Shown here piece after piece: positions 35,266 through 44,538 of a DNA stretch of 53,189 nucleotides; within the stretch, counting starts at the first letter, position 1, and every line of letters starts with the position of its first letter. Made by a program: the position numbers and the translations under genes. Under the pieces are notes generated by a model that saw nothing but the letters and a program-made list of their open reading frames with translations, was not told the origin of the DNA and did not search any database. The DNA comes from a virus (lineage: Duplodnaviria; Caudoviricetes): positions 1 to 53,189 of the IMG/VR virus record IMGVR_UViG_3300025769_000160. The stretch is one strand, 5' to 3'.

Positions 35266-35876
35266 TTTGGTACAGATCGATTAGTCCACTTTGCAAAGTA
35301 TGCCTTATCACCGACATAATATGCCCTGTAAGCAGACACAACATCATCAAGAGAGGCAGAGTTAGGATTACACTTGTAGTGGTCAGGCATACATTGTGGC
35401 GGTGCTGTTCTTACTCCTGAAAGTAATGTTTTATACATTATGTTCTTAGGGGAATAAAACAAGTTTTCCAGCGTAGCGGCCTTGTGTACTTTGTCATAGC
35501 GGTGCATGTACTCAATACCGAGATAGCCCCATAGGTCCGACAACCAGTTGTAGTTGCCACGGGCTAGCCTTGCCCAAACAGCACTAGGATGGTTCTTGTA
35601 TGCCGCTAGATATATAGGGCATTTATCTGGAACAAGAATACCGTCATCGTTGTAAAAGTCTCCCTCTAGATGGTAGTGCTTGTAGTTTTCTTTAACAGTA
35701 TAGGTTTTATTTTTTTTGGAGTAGGACATTTTAGAAACTACACAAACTTCCCCGTCTAAGATTCGGTGCGCTGTAGATAACAATTGAGCAGTTTCCGTTA
35801 TCATTTTTACAACGTGTTTGTCACAGTGCATTTCCGCTGCAATCTTGGGGTTTTTATCTAGGTAGAATATATTCAC
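35232..35876 (-). CDS. Pyrimidine-dimer DNA glycosylase (DenV)-like protein
   Basis: GTG start giving MNIFYLD..P..AA..HCDKHVVKMI.E.AQLLSTAH; NHPSAVW; PPQCMPD; AYRAYY..DK. Confidence 0.75.
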   Translation of the reverse strand: MNIFYLDKNPKIAAEMHCDKHVVKMITETAQLLSTAHRILDGEVCVVSKMSYSKKNKTYTVKENYKHYHLEGDFYNDDGILVPDKCPIYLAAYKNHPSAVWARLARGNYNWLSDLWGYLGIEYMHRYDKVHKAATLENLFYSPKNIMYKTLLSGVRTAPPQCMPDHYKCNPNSASLDDVVSAYRAYYVGDKAYFAKWTNRSVPNWFTETLQEVA

Positions 35877-36028
35877 CGCTGCTCCTCCCAACGTAACTTT
35901 ACAAGCTCATTAGCTAATATTTCTTTTTCTCCATTAGATATAATGGCATTGCCTAAATCTGATAACGCTTCATAATACATTTCAGATATTCTATCTTCGT
36001 TACTTCCCTCAGTCTCAGGCACACTCAT
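35873..36028 (-). CDS. Small acidic hypothetical protein (51 aa)
   Basis: Below the track cut-off; GGAG RBS, MSVPETEGSNEDRISEMYYEAL..., GTGA overlap with the next gene. Confidence 0.55.
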   Translation of the reverse strand: MSVPETEGSNEDRISEMYYEALSDLGNAIISNGEKEILANELVKLRWEEQR

Positions 36029-36097
36029 TTTGGTTCTCCATGTAAATAAGAAGAATTGACCCTTAGCATATTCTAAGGGAGCCTGTCAAGTGGTTTT

Positions 36098-36553
36098 TTA
36101 ATCTATACAATATTCATAGTTGTCAGTGAAGACGTTACTCTTTAACAGCTTTGCTCCATTTCCTATATGGAAGTTAGCAGCCATTGTTGTCTTAGGGCTA
36201 AGAGTTACAAATCTAGTTATTTCACCTCTTTCAGACTTTACTCTTTCTAAAGCCGACAATAATACAGACCTACCACACCCTTTAAACAAGGACCAAACAC
36301 TGTAGAACATAGCGACATTTTTTTCTGTGCTTCCATTCGCAATGCTAGACTGTTCGGAAAGTTGGTACAGACTAGAGCAAACATCCTCTGTAAAAGCTAC
36401 ACAGATAAAGCCCCTAGCCACGCCGACATTGTTATCCATAAGACAATAGAAATCTCTATCCCCTGTTATTCTAAACTCATGGGACAACTCTGGTCTTATA
36501 GGGTCTTTGTAAGTAACAGCACCCGCGTAATCTCTTACATTAACTAATGCCAT
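36098..36553 (-). CDS. GNAT-fold protein (resembles the malonyl-CoA decarboxylase C-domain)
   Basis: DP.RPEL, AMFYSVWS..KG.GR, RFVTLSPKT.MA.NFH..NGA. Confidence 0.55.
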   Translation of the reverse strand: MALVNVRDYAGAVTYKDPIRPELSHEFRITGDRDFYCLMDNNVGVARGFICVAFTEDVCSSLYQLSEQSSIANGSTEKNVAMFYSVWSLFKGCGRSVLLSALERVKSERGEITRFVTLSPKTTMAANFHIGNGAKLLKSNVFTDNYEYCID

Positions 36554-36716
36554 GTTCTTTCCTTATTCTAATTAAAACCTGATGTTTTTCTTTGTCGCTG
36601 TATTCTGACCATTGAACAATCTCGTCTTGAGTTCTAAAGCAACCAACGCAAAGCATATGTGTTACCCTATTAACCAAGTGACATATATTTTTGCAAGGGC
36701 TTTTCACCTCGCTCAC
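36540..36716 (-). CDS. DUF1289-like small Cys protein
   Basis: Below the track cut-off; KSPCKNIC...CVGCFRTQDEIVQWSEYSDKEK. Confidence 0.7.
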   Translation of the reverse strand: MSEVKSPCKNICHLVNRVTHMLCVGCFRTQDEIVQWSEYSDKEKHQVLIRIRKEHGIS

Positions 36717-36883
36717 TCTACAAGGCTACCAAGGCTGCTACACATTCTTGTATGGTCTACCAAGAGCCTACTAAGCGCATCTTTAGGAACTGTTATATTC
36801 TTTTTTCTACCATCTTTTTCAATTAAAGAATGCAACAACTCTATATCTTTTAAAGATGTTTCAAGAGAAATCTTTTTCATCAT
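36713..36883 (-). CDS. Small hypothetical protein (56 aa)
   Basis: Below the track cut-off; MMKKISLETSFKDIELLHSLIEKDGRKKNITVPKDALSRLLVDH...; overlaps both neighbours. Confidence 0.6.
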   Translation of the reverse strand: MMKKISLETSLKDIELLHSLIEKDGRKKNITVPKDALSRLLVDHTRMCSSLGSLVE

Positions 36884-37067
36884 CTACAATCTCTGTGACA
36901 ACCCAACGACCCCTATCAGCTACATGAGGAAACCTTTTAATCCAGCTTCTAGGATAGTTACCAAGTTCAGTCTCATAGAACCACTCCCACTTTAAAACCT
37001 TACCATCTTGTCTCTTAGATGTTTCAGGCTTAGGCCTACGGGCTATTCTTTTACGCATGGCGAACAT
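36861..37067 (-). CDS. Hypothetical protein
   Basis: 68-aa basic ORF overlapping co-oriented neighbours. Confidence 0.55.
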   Translation of the reverse strand: MFAMRKRIARRPKPETSKRQDGKVLKWEWFYETELGNYPRSWIKRFPHVADRGRWVVTEIVDDEKDFS

Positions 37068-37353
37068 CCCCCGTTTCTATGTTGTAGTATACAAGCTCTA
37101 CACCAAGACTTTTTTGTAGGGGTGTTAACGATCTGTTTATCATACTTCCCGGCCTCCAGTTAGCATTCTTAGAACGGAACGACATACTCTTTACCTCGAC
37201 TAACTTCTTTTCTAAGGTTTCTGGGTGTATGGCTACAAGATCGACAGGTCCAGTATTATTTGTTTCGTTATAAACAAAGTAACCTTTATCTACGTAGTAG
37301 CGCATAACAGCAAGCTTAGACTGTATACCCTTTTTTTGTTTTCTATTCATCAT
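37051..37353 (-). CDS. PD-(D/E)xK nuclease, Hjc-like
   Basis: KG...V..Y...GY.V...GPVDLVAI...LVEVKS. Confidence 0.7.
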   Translation of the reverse strand: MMNRKQKKGIQSKLAVMRYYVDKGYFVYNETNNTGPVDLVAIHPETLEKKLVEVKSMSFRSKNANWRPGSMINRSLTPLQKSLGVELVYYNIETGDVRHA

Positions 37354-37760
37354 GCTTTTGTACCTGAGCTATAACTGTGTGTGACCATATCGTATGTGTA
37401 GTTTTCATTTCCCTTACAGGGATTGCATATATACAAGTTCTTTTCAAGAAGCACCTCTTTCCTGCACGACAAACATTTCCTTACCCTGAACTGTGAGGGC
37501 TTTATCTTCTGACGATCAGACATGAGCTTATTAAAGTTTATAGCCTTTTTAGTAGCCTTGTCCTTTTGCTTCTCAAGGTCTTCTTGTGAAATAAGGTTTT
37601 TGTTCCTATTCCATATACCTATAACAACATTCTTTGTCATAGTCCTACCTGTTTCGAGGTAGTACTCATGGTTCATTTTAGCAGCAACTTCAGCCGCAGA
37701 CAAATTGTCTTTAACTCTGAGATTAACTACTCGCCTACAAAAGTCTTTTGAGTGCATCAT
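37350..37760 (-). CDS. GcrA-like transcription regulator with C-terminal zinc ribbon
   Basis: LSAAEVAAKM...TKNVVIGIWNR resembles the GcrA HTH (SA..IA..L...RNAVIGK.HR); C-terminal CLSC...CNPC. Confidence 0.65.
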   Translation of the reverse strand: MMHSKDFCRRVVNLRVKDNLSAAEVAAKMNHEYYLETGRTMTKNVVIGIWNRNKNLISQEDLEKQKDKATKKAINFNKLMSDRQKIKPSQFRVRKCLSCRKEVLLEKNLYICNPCKGNENYTYDMVTHSYSSGTKA

Positions 37761-37872
37761 ACTATATATTTTCTTTAACGTTTAAATATTTTTAACCAGC
37801 AGCTAGCACAATAAAGTATATTTTTTTGTACGGCTACTGCTTTTTTTTTACATAAACTACAATCCACTGATA

Positions 37873-38199
37873 CTACTCAAACTTAGTTTCGTCAGTAAAC
37901 ACATGGTTTATATGATCGACTAAAACAGATTGCAGAGTATCAAGATTTATATTCCTATACCCTTTTGCTTTGAGATCATACACGGTTAACATACTCTTTG
38001 ATGTATTACAATCTCTACCGCCTTTAATATGTTTCTTAACATTTAGTCGGGCATTCATTCTACGGACAGTCCCATCCGCTTTTACAAACTCCGCTGTAAA
38101 GATTTTATCTTGGACGGTAGCCTCAACCACGCGGCGCATGATATCGGCATTTGACAATCTGGGGGAATAGATAGTAACTACTTCATTCACGGCATTCAC
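37873..38199 (-). CDS. SH3-fold (WYL-like) protein
   Basis: FTAEFVKADG.VR.MNARL.V...KG...VYD...GYRNINL. Confidence 0.65.
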   Translation of the reverse strand: MNAVNEVVTIYSPRLSNADIMRRVVEATVQDKIFTAEFVKADGTVRRMNARLNVKKHIKGGRDCNTSKSMLTVYDLKAKGYRNINLDTLQSVLVDHINHVFTDETKFE

Positions 38200-38223
38200 T
38201 CGTATGCTGTTGGAAAGACCCTC

Positions 38224-38295
38224 ATCTTAAACCATAACAAAGATTTTGTCAATCGAAATTATTTTCTTGACAGAGATTTAAATCCATGATATTAG
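38224..38295. promoter_or_regulatory. Divergent sigma70 promoters at the early/replication strand switch
   Basis: Minus: TTGACA (38252-38247), 17 bp, TAAGAT (38229-38224). Plus: TTGACA (38267-38272), 17 bp, TG-a-TATTAG (38290-38295). Confidence 0.7.
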
Positions 38296-38336
38296 ATATG
38301 GTTATCGTCTCCCGAAACTCTAAGTAATATATTAAT

Positions 38337-39128
38337 ATGAATAATATTATTAAAGATTATATATATTCTATAGATATACCTATAGATACTTCTGTACGGT
38401 TAGACTGCCCTATATGTAGTGGTACTAAAACACTATCAGTAACAAAGTTTACTGATTGTACTAAGTATTACTGCTTTCATGCTAACTGCACTAAAGGAGG
38501 CGTTATCAAAGAGGGGTTAAACATAACATCCTTTAATAAACCGACAATACAAGACAATGGAGATACTCCTAATAAGTTACAGGAGGACAAACAGCATTGG
38601 CGTAGGGGTATGTATACCACAGAGTTTTGTAATTACATACTAGATAATAGATGCGACTATGCAATGTCTAACAAGCTTGCTGACATACGACACGACTACA
38701 AGCAGGATAGAGTAGTGTTCGTAATCAAAGAAAACAATAAAGTGGTGGATGCTGCCGGTAGGTACATAGGGAAAAATGCTGGCTTTGTACCAAAGTGGTA
38801 CAGATATGGTGATAGTGGTACTCCCTTCATTTGCGGCACCTCTAGTCACGCCATAGTTGTAGAAGACTGTGCTTCAGCCTGTTCTGTATCATCTTTTTCA
38901 ACCGGGGTCGCTCTGTTGGGAACGAGCCTATCTGAGAAAGTTCTTGACATTCTTTCAGATTTCGATACCGTGACTGTTGCGTTGGATAAAGACGCTACAA
39001 CTAAGTCTATCGACATGGTTATGAGATTAAACTGGGAGCTTGAGAATGTAAACATGGTTGTACTTGAAAGAGATTTAAAGAAGTTGGATGTTAAAGAGTC
39101 AAAAAAGGTTTTGAAAATAGATGATTGA
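38337..39128 (+). CDS. DNA primase (Zn finger + TOPRIM)
   Basis: CPIC...CFHANC; GR...PKWYRY; VVED; ALDKDA; DLK. Confidence 0.9.
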   Translation: MNNIIKDYIYSIDIPIDTSVRLDCPICSGTKTLSVTKFTDCTKYYCFHANCTKGGVIKEGLNITSFNKPTIQDNGDTPNKLQEDKQHWRRGMYTTEFCNYILDNRCDYAMSNKLADIRHDYKQDRVVFVIKENNKVVDAAGRYIGKNAGFVPKWYRYGDSGTPFICGTSSHAIVVEDCASACSVSSFSTGVALLGTSLSEKVLDILSDFDTVTVALDKDATTKSIDMVMRLNWELENVNMVVLERDLKKLDVKESKKVLKIDD

Positions 39129-40311
39129 TAGATCAGTACTTGTTGCTTGTCTAACCAAAGAAAATTACAACAGAGTATCTAGTCTAATAAAAAAGGAATA
39201 TTTCCCAAAAGAAGTAGCGACCATAGTTGAAACACTTTCTTACCTACACAGTACTTATGAGGGCGACCTTACTGCAGATGACATTCTTCTTGGGCATCAG
39301 GCTAAATACCCTGCTCTACCAGAGGCTACAGCCAATAAAGCTGTTAAAGAGATTGAAAGACTGCGCTCTACAAAGGTTAATGAAGAGCTAGTTGCAGACG
39401 TATTACATGCCTTTTGGAAAAGGACTAAAGCAAAAGAGATAGGCGAACAGGCTCTTGATATATTTGTTGGTAAGTCCAATAACACTAATGCTCTTTTTAA
39501 TTGTGTAGAAGAGCTTAAAGACAACGACATTAAACAATCTCAGACTTACTCGGTTCTGAGTGACGACATTGAAACATCTTTAGATGAATTTGAACGTGAC
39601 CCAGAGTTTCCTTTTCCTACTTCACTAAGGGACTATGTACCGGGAATAGACAGGCAGAATCTAGGAGTTATCTTTGCAAGACCAGAAATAGGAAAGACTT
39701 CTTTCTCTGCTTGGTTAGCCGGTTGGTATGTTAAGAACAAGTTCAAAGTTGCCTATTGGGGCAATGAAGAGCCTGTTAAAAAGACAAGGATGCGGGTTGC
39801 TAAGTCCATAACAGAAATGTCTAAGCTAGAAGTCCTTACAAACAAAGATAGCTTTATAGATCAGTACAAGGAGCTTGCAGTACCCTACATAAGCTTCATG
39901 GATTGTGTAGGCACTTCTATACAGGAGATTGAGGACTACTGCATAAGAAATGAAGTTGACATAGTAATTATAGATCAGCTAGATAAGATTAGAGTAGATG
40001 GAGAGTTCTCTCGCGGAGATGAGAGGCTAAAAGAGTTGTACTGCCGTTCGCGTGAGCTTGCTAAGAGGAATAATGTTGCCCTGTGGGCAGTATCACAGGC
40101 CTCGTATGAGGCTCATGGTAGAGAGACTATTGACTATTCAATGCTTGATGGCTCTAAGACGGGCAAGGCTGGTGAGGCTGATATAATCATTGGCATTGGT
40201 ATAGCGGAACATGAAGAGTTTAGAACTATTAAGTTCTCTAAGAACAAGATAAATGGTTTTCATGGTTCCGTAGTTCTTCGTAGAGATGGTGATAGGGATA
40301 TATTCTCTTGA
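39121..40311 (+). CDS. SF4 (DnaB-like) replicative helicase
   Basis: FARPEIGKT, GNEE, IIDQLDK, VSQA, GSKTGKAGEAD, SKNK. Confidence 0.92.
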   Translation: MIDRSVLVACLTKENYNRVSSLIKKEYFPKEVATIVETLSYLHSTYEGDLTADDILLGHQAKYPALPEATANKAVKEIERLRSTKVNEELVADVLHAFWKRTKAKEIGEQALDIFVGKSNNTNALFNCVEELKDNDIKQSQTYSVLSDDIETSLDEFERDPEFPFPTSLRDYVPGIDRQNLGVIFARPEIGKTSFSAWLAGWYVKNKFKVAYWGNEEPVKKTRMRVAKSITEMSKLEVLTNKDSFIDQYKELAVPYISFMDCVGTSIQEIEDYCIRNEVDIVIIDQLDKIRVDGEFSRGDERLKELYCRSRELAKRNNVALWAVSQASYEAHGRETIDYSMLDGSKTGKAGEADIIIGIGIAEHEEFRTIKFSKNKINGFHGSVVLRRDGDRDIFS

Positions 40312-40892
40312 TTACTACATTAGATATAGAAACTACGATGACGTTTGATTCAGATACAGTCTCTTCACCTTTCTTTGGTAATCAGATAGTATTTGTAGGT
40401 ATAAAACGAGAAGTACCTAACATGTATGCGGAGAATATTGAGGTATGGTTTTATCACGATGTCATACGTGCAACAGAGAATGGTGTGCATAAGGTACAGT
40501 CAGCACTAGACAAGGCTACCTGTCTTGTAGGACACAATCTTAAGTTCGATCTACAATGGCTACGGGCCTGTGGTTTTAAATATGATGGTAAACTATTCGA
40601 TACTATGATTGCTGAGTACTTGCTGGCTAGAGGGAACAAGGTTGGCTTGAGCCTTGCTGCTTGTTGTGAAAGGCGGGGGTTGGGTGAGAAGAGGACCGAC
40701 CTTACAAAAGAATATATTAAAAACAAAGTTTCCTACGAAAGTATGCCCCCTGATATCGTTAATCAGTATTGTATGGCTGATGTTAGTATTACAAAACAAC
40801 TAGCAGATGCACAGATTAAGGAGCTAGGCATGTCTTGGGAAGACTACTCACCGGGTTTATTTTTGAAGGTGCCGCATGAAAAATGTGCTTAA
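40308..40892 (+). CDS. 3'-5' exonuclease domain of PolA encoded as a separate ORF
   Basis: ExoI LDIET, ExoII GHNLKFD, FDTM, ExoIII YCMADV. Confidence 0.9.
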   Translation: MITTLDIETTMTFDSDTVSSPFFGNQIVFVGIKREVPNMYAENIEVWFYHDVIRATENGVHKVQSALDKATCLVGHNLKFDLQWLRACGFKYDGKLFDTMIAEYLLARGNKVGLSLAACCERRGLGEKRTDLTKEYIKNKVSYESMPPDIVNQYCMADVSITKQLADAQIKELGMSWEDYSPGLFLKVPHEKCA

Positions 40893-42417
40893 TCTTTCTA
40901 TGGATATGCTGGACGTTCTCATTGACATGGAGAGCGCCGGTATAAAGATATCTAATGATAAACTAGCTAAGATTAAGCTAGAGTATCAAAATGAGTATAA
41001 CGCGCTATACAATGACTTGATGGCTATTGCTGAACGGGCAATGGGAGATACTCCTATCAACCTTGATAGCCCAGATGATCGTAGTATACTGCTATACTCA
41101 AGAAAGGTTTCTGATAAGTCCGCTTGGAAAGAGTCTTTTAACATAGGCACTGAGCTTCGTGGCAACACAAAGAAACAGAAGAATAAAACTAAAATGGATA
41201 GGCAGTCGTTTACCCGATTAGTTAAAGAGCTAGCACCAGTAGTCTACAAGACTATTGGCAGTGCTTGTTCCCACTGTAATGGCAAAGGCTCTTTCTACTA
41301 CACACTAAAGTCGGGTGAGAGAAGTAAGAATAAAAAGAAATGCACAAAATGTAACGGTGTAGGTATAATATACAAGAGGTTAAACGAGGCCGCTGGTCTT
41401 AGGATAATTCCTAGAGGGCCAGAGGACACTGCTTCTGGTGGATTTAAGACAGATAAAGAAACACTTGTTCAGATACGTCTTGATCTAGAAGGAGATGCTA
41501 AAGAGTTTGTTGACAAGTACATGAGGTACTCTATGATTAGAACGTACCTCAACACCTTTGTAGATAGTCTGGAGAAGTATCAAGATGATAACAGCTTTAT
41601 TCATCCTCAGTTTAATCAGTGCGTCACTGCTACTGGAAGACTGTCCTCAAGTAGACCAAACTTTCAAAATATGCCGAGAGGAAACACATTCCCTGCAAGA
41701 GAAGCGATTGTTTCTAGGTATGAAGGTGGCTATATTCTAGAAGGTGACTACTCCCAACTAGAGTTTAGGGTAGCCGGATTTCTATCTAAAGACCCTGTAA
41801 TCTACAAAGAAGTTACAGAGGGATATGATGTGCATTCTTATACAGCTAGCATTATGGGTGTTTCCCGTCAGGATGCTAAAGCGCATACATTTAAACCTTT
41901 GTACGGTGGTATGCTTGGTACTAACAGAGAGATGGCTTACTACTCTGCTTTTAGAGAGAAGTACCAGTCTGTAGCAAGGTGGCATGAAGAGCTTCAAGAA
42001 GAGGCTGTAACTACGAAGAAAGTTGTACTGCCCTCTGGAAGAGAGTATGCATTCCCCTATGCTAAATATACTAGAAGAGGAACTGCAGTAGGGGCTACTT
42101 CAATTAAGAACTATCCGGTACAGGGCTTTGCTACCGCAGACCTCCTACCGCTGGCCTTGATCCATCTACACAAGAGCCTTAAGTCTATGGTTGATCCCAA
42201 GCCAAAGAGTAAGATTATAAATACTGTACACGATTCTATCGTCATGGATGTACACCCAGACGAGAAGAATACTATGATTGAATTACTAAGAAGGAGTATG
42301 TTATGCATATCTAAAGAATGCAAAGAAAAATTTGGTGTTGACTTTGATATGCCTATTGATATAGAATTAAAAATAGGCCACGATTGGCTAAACTCACAGG
42401 AGATTGAATTAGCATGA
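40876..42417 (+). CDS. Family A DNA polymerase domain with DnaJ-type zinc finger
   Basis: CSHCNGKG and CTKCNGVG; TATGRLSS..PNFQN; motif A DYSQLEFR; motif B RQDAKAHTFKPLYG (Phe at the 762-equivalent position); NYPVQG; motif C VHDS. Confidence 0.93.
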   Translation: MKNVLNLSMDMLDVLIDMESAGIKISNDKLAKIKLEYQNEYNALYNDLMAIAERAMGDTPINLDSPDDRSILLYSRKVSDKSAWKESFNIGTELRGNTKKQKNKTKMDRQSFTRLVKELAPVVYKTIGSACSHCNGKGSFYYTLKSGERSKNKKKCTKCNGVGIIYKRLNEAAGLRIIPRGPEDTASGGFKTDKETLVQIRLDLEGDAKEFVDKYMRYSMIRTYLNTFVDSLEKYQDDNSFIHPQFNQCVTATGRLSSSRPNFQNMPRGNTFPAREAIVSRYEGGYILEGDYSQLEFRVAGFLSKDPVIYKEVTEGYDVHSYTASIMGVSRQDAKAHTFKPLYGGMLGTNREMAYYSAFREKYQSVARWHEELQEEAVTTKKVVLPSGREYAFPYAKYTRRGTAVGATSIKNYPVQGFATADLLPLALIHLHKSLKSMVDPKPKSKIINTVHDSIVMDVHPDEKNTMIELLRRSMLCISKECKEKFGVDFDMPIDIELKIGHDWLNSQEIELA

Positions 42418-43250
42418 GCGCAGTTATGAAGATTGAAGATTTTAATGATGAAAACGTAGCCAAGATTGCGGCTATGATTGGACAGGTAGATGAGAGTGTA
42501 AGTGCTACTGCCGGTCTACCCCGTCTAGCAATTGAACAGCAGAACGAAACCAAGGAAGGCGATACCCTGCCAAAGGGTTCTTTCCGTTTGCGTATTGGTG
42601 ATAAGTCTGTATACAGTAAAGAACTGGAAGTGCGTCTATTTGTTCGCTATTACTCCTACAATCTTTGGAACAATGAACAGCCAGAACTTTCCGTTCGCAC
42701 AGTGCTTGCGCCCTCACTCAGTGATAACTTTCCTGATACAAGTGGTGGCAACAAGTGTGGTAAGCTATCTAAGGATGAGGTATCTGCACTTCCCGCTAAC
42801 TCCATTGAACATGCAAAGCAGGATAGCATTAAATGTACACAGCTTGTATATGGTATGATTACCTCTGCACAAGATGCTAAGACTACTGATGGAGAAGAAG
42901 TAGAACTAAAGGGTACTCCGTTTATCTGGGCAGCAAGGGGATCAGCCTTTATGCCTGTCGCTAACTATATCCGCGAAGTCCCATCCAACAAGATCATGTT
43001 TGGGCAGAAAGCGAAAGTATCTACTAAGCGTAATGTAAATGGTAGTGTTATTTATTATACTCCAGTATTTGATAAACCAAAACCTGCTAAGGTACAAGAG
43101 AGTGATATTGAACTTCTCAATACCTTTATGGAAGATATCGACAAATGGAATACTAGAGTTATTAAAGAGTTCAAGGATCGTAAAGATTCTGTAATAGCTA
43201 GAGATGATCTAGATGTTGCTAATTCTTTAGAGGTGGCGGATAGCATCTGA
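42414..43250 (+). CDS. Putative single-stranded DNA-binding protein
   Basis: 278 aa directly after the polymerase; LPRL.I, D..GG..CG; aromatic beta strands and acidic end. Confidence 0.6.
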   Translation: MSAVMKIEDFNDENVAKIAAMIGQVDESVSATAGLPRLAIEQQNETKEGDTLPKGSFRLRIGDKSVYSKELEVRLFVRYYSYNLWNNEQPELSVRTVLAPSLSDNFPDTSGGNKCGKLSKDEVSALPANSIEHAKQDSIKCTQLVYGMITSAQDAKTTDGEEVELKGTPFIWAARGSAFMPVANYIREVPSNKIMFGQKAKVSTKRNVNGSVIYYTPVFDKPKPAKVQESDIELLNTFMEDIDKWNTRVIKEFKDRKDSVIARDDLDVANSLEVADSI

Positions 43251-44140
43251 TGTCATCAATGCTGTTACATAAAGTACAGCATTTCCTTGAGAAAGCGTCG
43301 AGGGGTGAAGGCGAAGGTCTTCCCCCTCACCTTATCGAAGAGTTTAAGGAGATGTGTGGCTCCGCTATCGAAAGGCAGTTTGCTAGGAAACCTGAGTATC
43401 GGGTACGTATGTCCGGTGTAGGTAAGCCCCTCTGCCAACAAAAGATGTCTATCAGAGAGGACAGAGAAGAAGAGGTAGACTACACTCTCGTAATGAAGTT
43501 CTTGTTTGGTGATTTGATAGAGGCTGTTGCTGTTACAGTATTGAAAGCCTCTGGCGTAGAAATACAAGGAGAACAGGAAGCTGTTAGTCTTGACATTGGT
43601 GGTACAACCTTAAGAGGAACCTACGATGTAAAGATAGATAACAAAATATATGATATTAAGAGTGCTGCTCCCGGTTCCTTCTCTATGAAGTTTGCAGCTA
43701 ATCGTGGCTACAACAACATCAAGAAGGATGATGTTTTTGGTTACGTGCCACAGGGCTACTTATACTCTGAAGCTGCAGGTACTTCCTTCGGTGGTTGGAT
43801 AGCAATCAATAAGGCTACTGGAGAGTGGGCTGTATGTGAAGCACCGCTGGTGCAGGATGAGGATAGAGAAGAGGCTCTAACCTTAGCCGATAATAATATA
43901 AAAGAAGTGCTTAACAATCCTACTATTGATAAGTGTTTTACAGACTCTATAGAAACTTACAAAGATAAAGCAACGGGTACTGTTAAGAAGACAGGCAATC
44001 GTCTTATGGATAGAACCTGTGGTTACTGCGGCTTCAAAAAGTATTGCTGGCCTGATGCTGCTTATAAGATGTCTGCTACTTCAGCAGCTAAGACTAAGCC
44101 TAGAGTATGGTATACAAAGCACGTAAAGGATGAAGTGTAA
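43250..44140 (+). CDS. PD-(D/E)xK exonuclease, Cas4/RecB-like
   Basis: RMSG.GKPLCQ, GD..E, GTYD...DIKSA, Q..Y, C-terminal CGYC...C. Confidence 0.85.
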   Translation: MSSMLLHKVQHFLEKASRGEGEGLPPHLIEEFKEMCGSAIERQFARKPEYRVRMSGVGKPLCQQKMSIREDREEEVDYTLVMKFLFGDLIEAVAVTVLKASGVEIQGEQEAVSLDIGGTTLRGTYDVKIDNKIYDIKSAAPGSFSMKFAANRGYNNIKKDDVFGYVPQGYLYSEAAGTSFGGWIAINKATGEWAVCEAPLVQDEDREEALTLADNNIKEVLNNPTIDKCFTDSIETYKDKATGTVKKTGNRLMDRTCGYCGFKKYCWPDAAYKMSATSAAKTKPRVWYTKHVKDEV

Positions 44141-44538
44141 TGCCCTTATATATGCCAGAAAGAATTAGCGACTTAGAAATACAACAAAACCCCTATGCAA
44201 CCTTTGTTTACTTTGATACAGTAAAGGGCGATTGCTTTGTTCAAGACAACCTGCATGTTAAGTCAGCCGCCACTAATTCTAATCTCATATGCATAGTTTT
44301 TGCAAAAGATATGTCACCGGATGGGTTTTGGTCGAAAGAAGAGTTTAATAGCACTGGAAAGTCTGCAATATCTGAGGGCTTTGTTGAAATACGTAAGCAA
44401 AGACAGGTCAACAAACTTGTAGTCTTTCCTATGGTGCCTTTTTCACTTGCTAAATCAACCGCCCCTGAATGGGTTCAAGACTATATGGATAAAAAGTATA
44501 TAGATATGGTAAATTTAGGGTTTACACATGCGATTTAG
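44140..44538 (+). CDS. Hypothetical protein
   Basis: 132 aa, TAATG-coupled; Q.NP...FVYFD motif. Confidence 0.6.
   Translation: MPLYMPERISDLEIQQNPYATFVYFDTVKGDCFVQDNLHVKSAATNSNLICIVFAKDMSPDGFWSKEEFNSTGKSAISEGFVEIRKQRQVNKLVVFPMVPFSLAKSTAPEWVQDYMDKKYIDMVNLGFTHAI

Noticed and set aside
36612-36995. 127-aa plus-strand ORF
   Set aside because: The region is fully explained by three overlapping small minus-strand genes.
43250-44140. Cas4-like nuclease as evidence of CRISPR-Cas
   Set aside because: No other cas genes or repeat-spacer array; it is an ordinary phage replication exonuclease.
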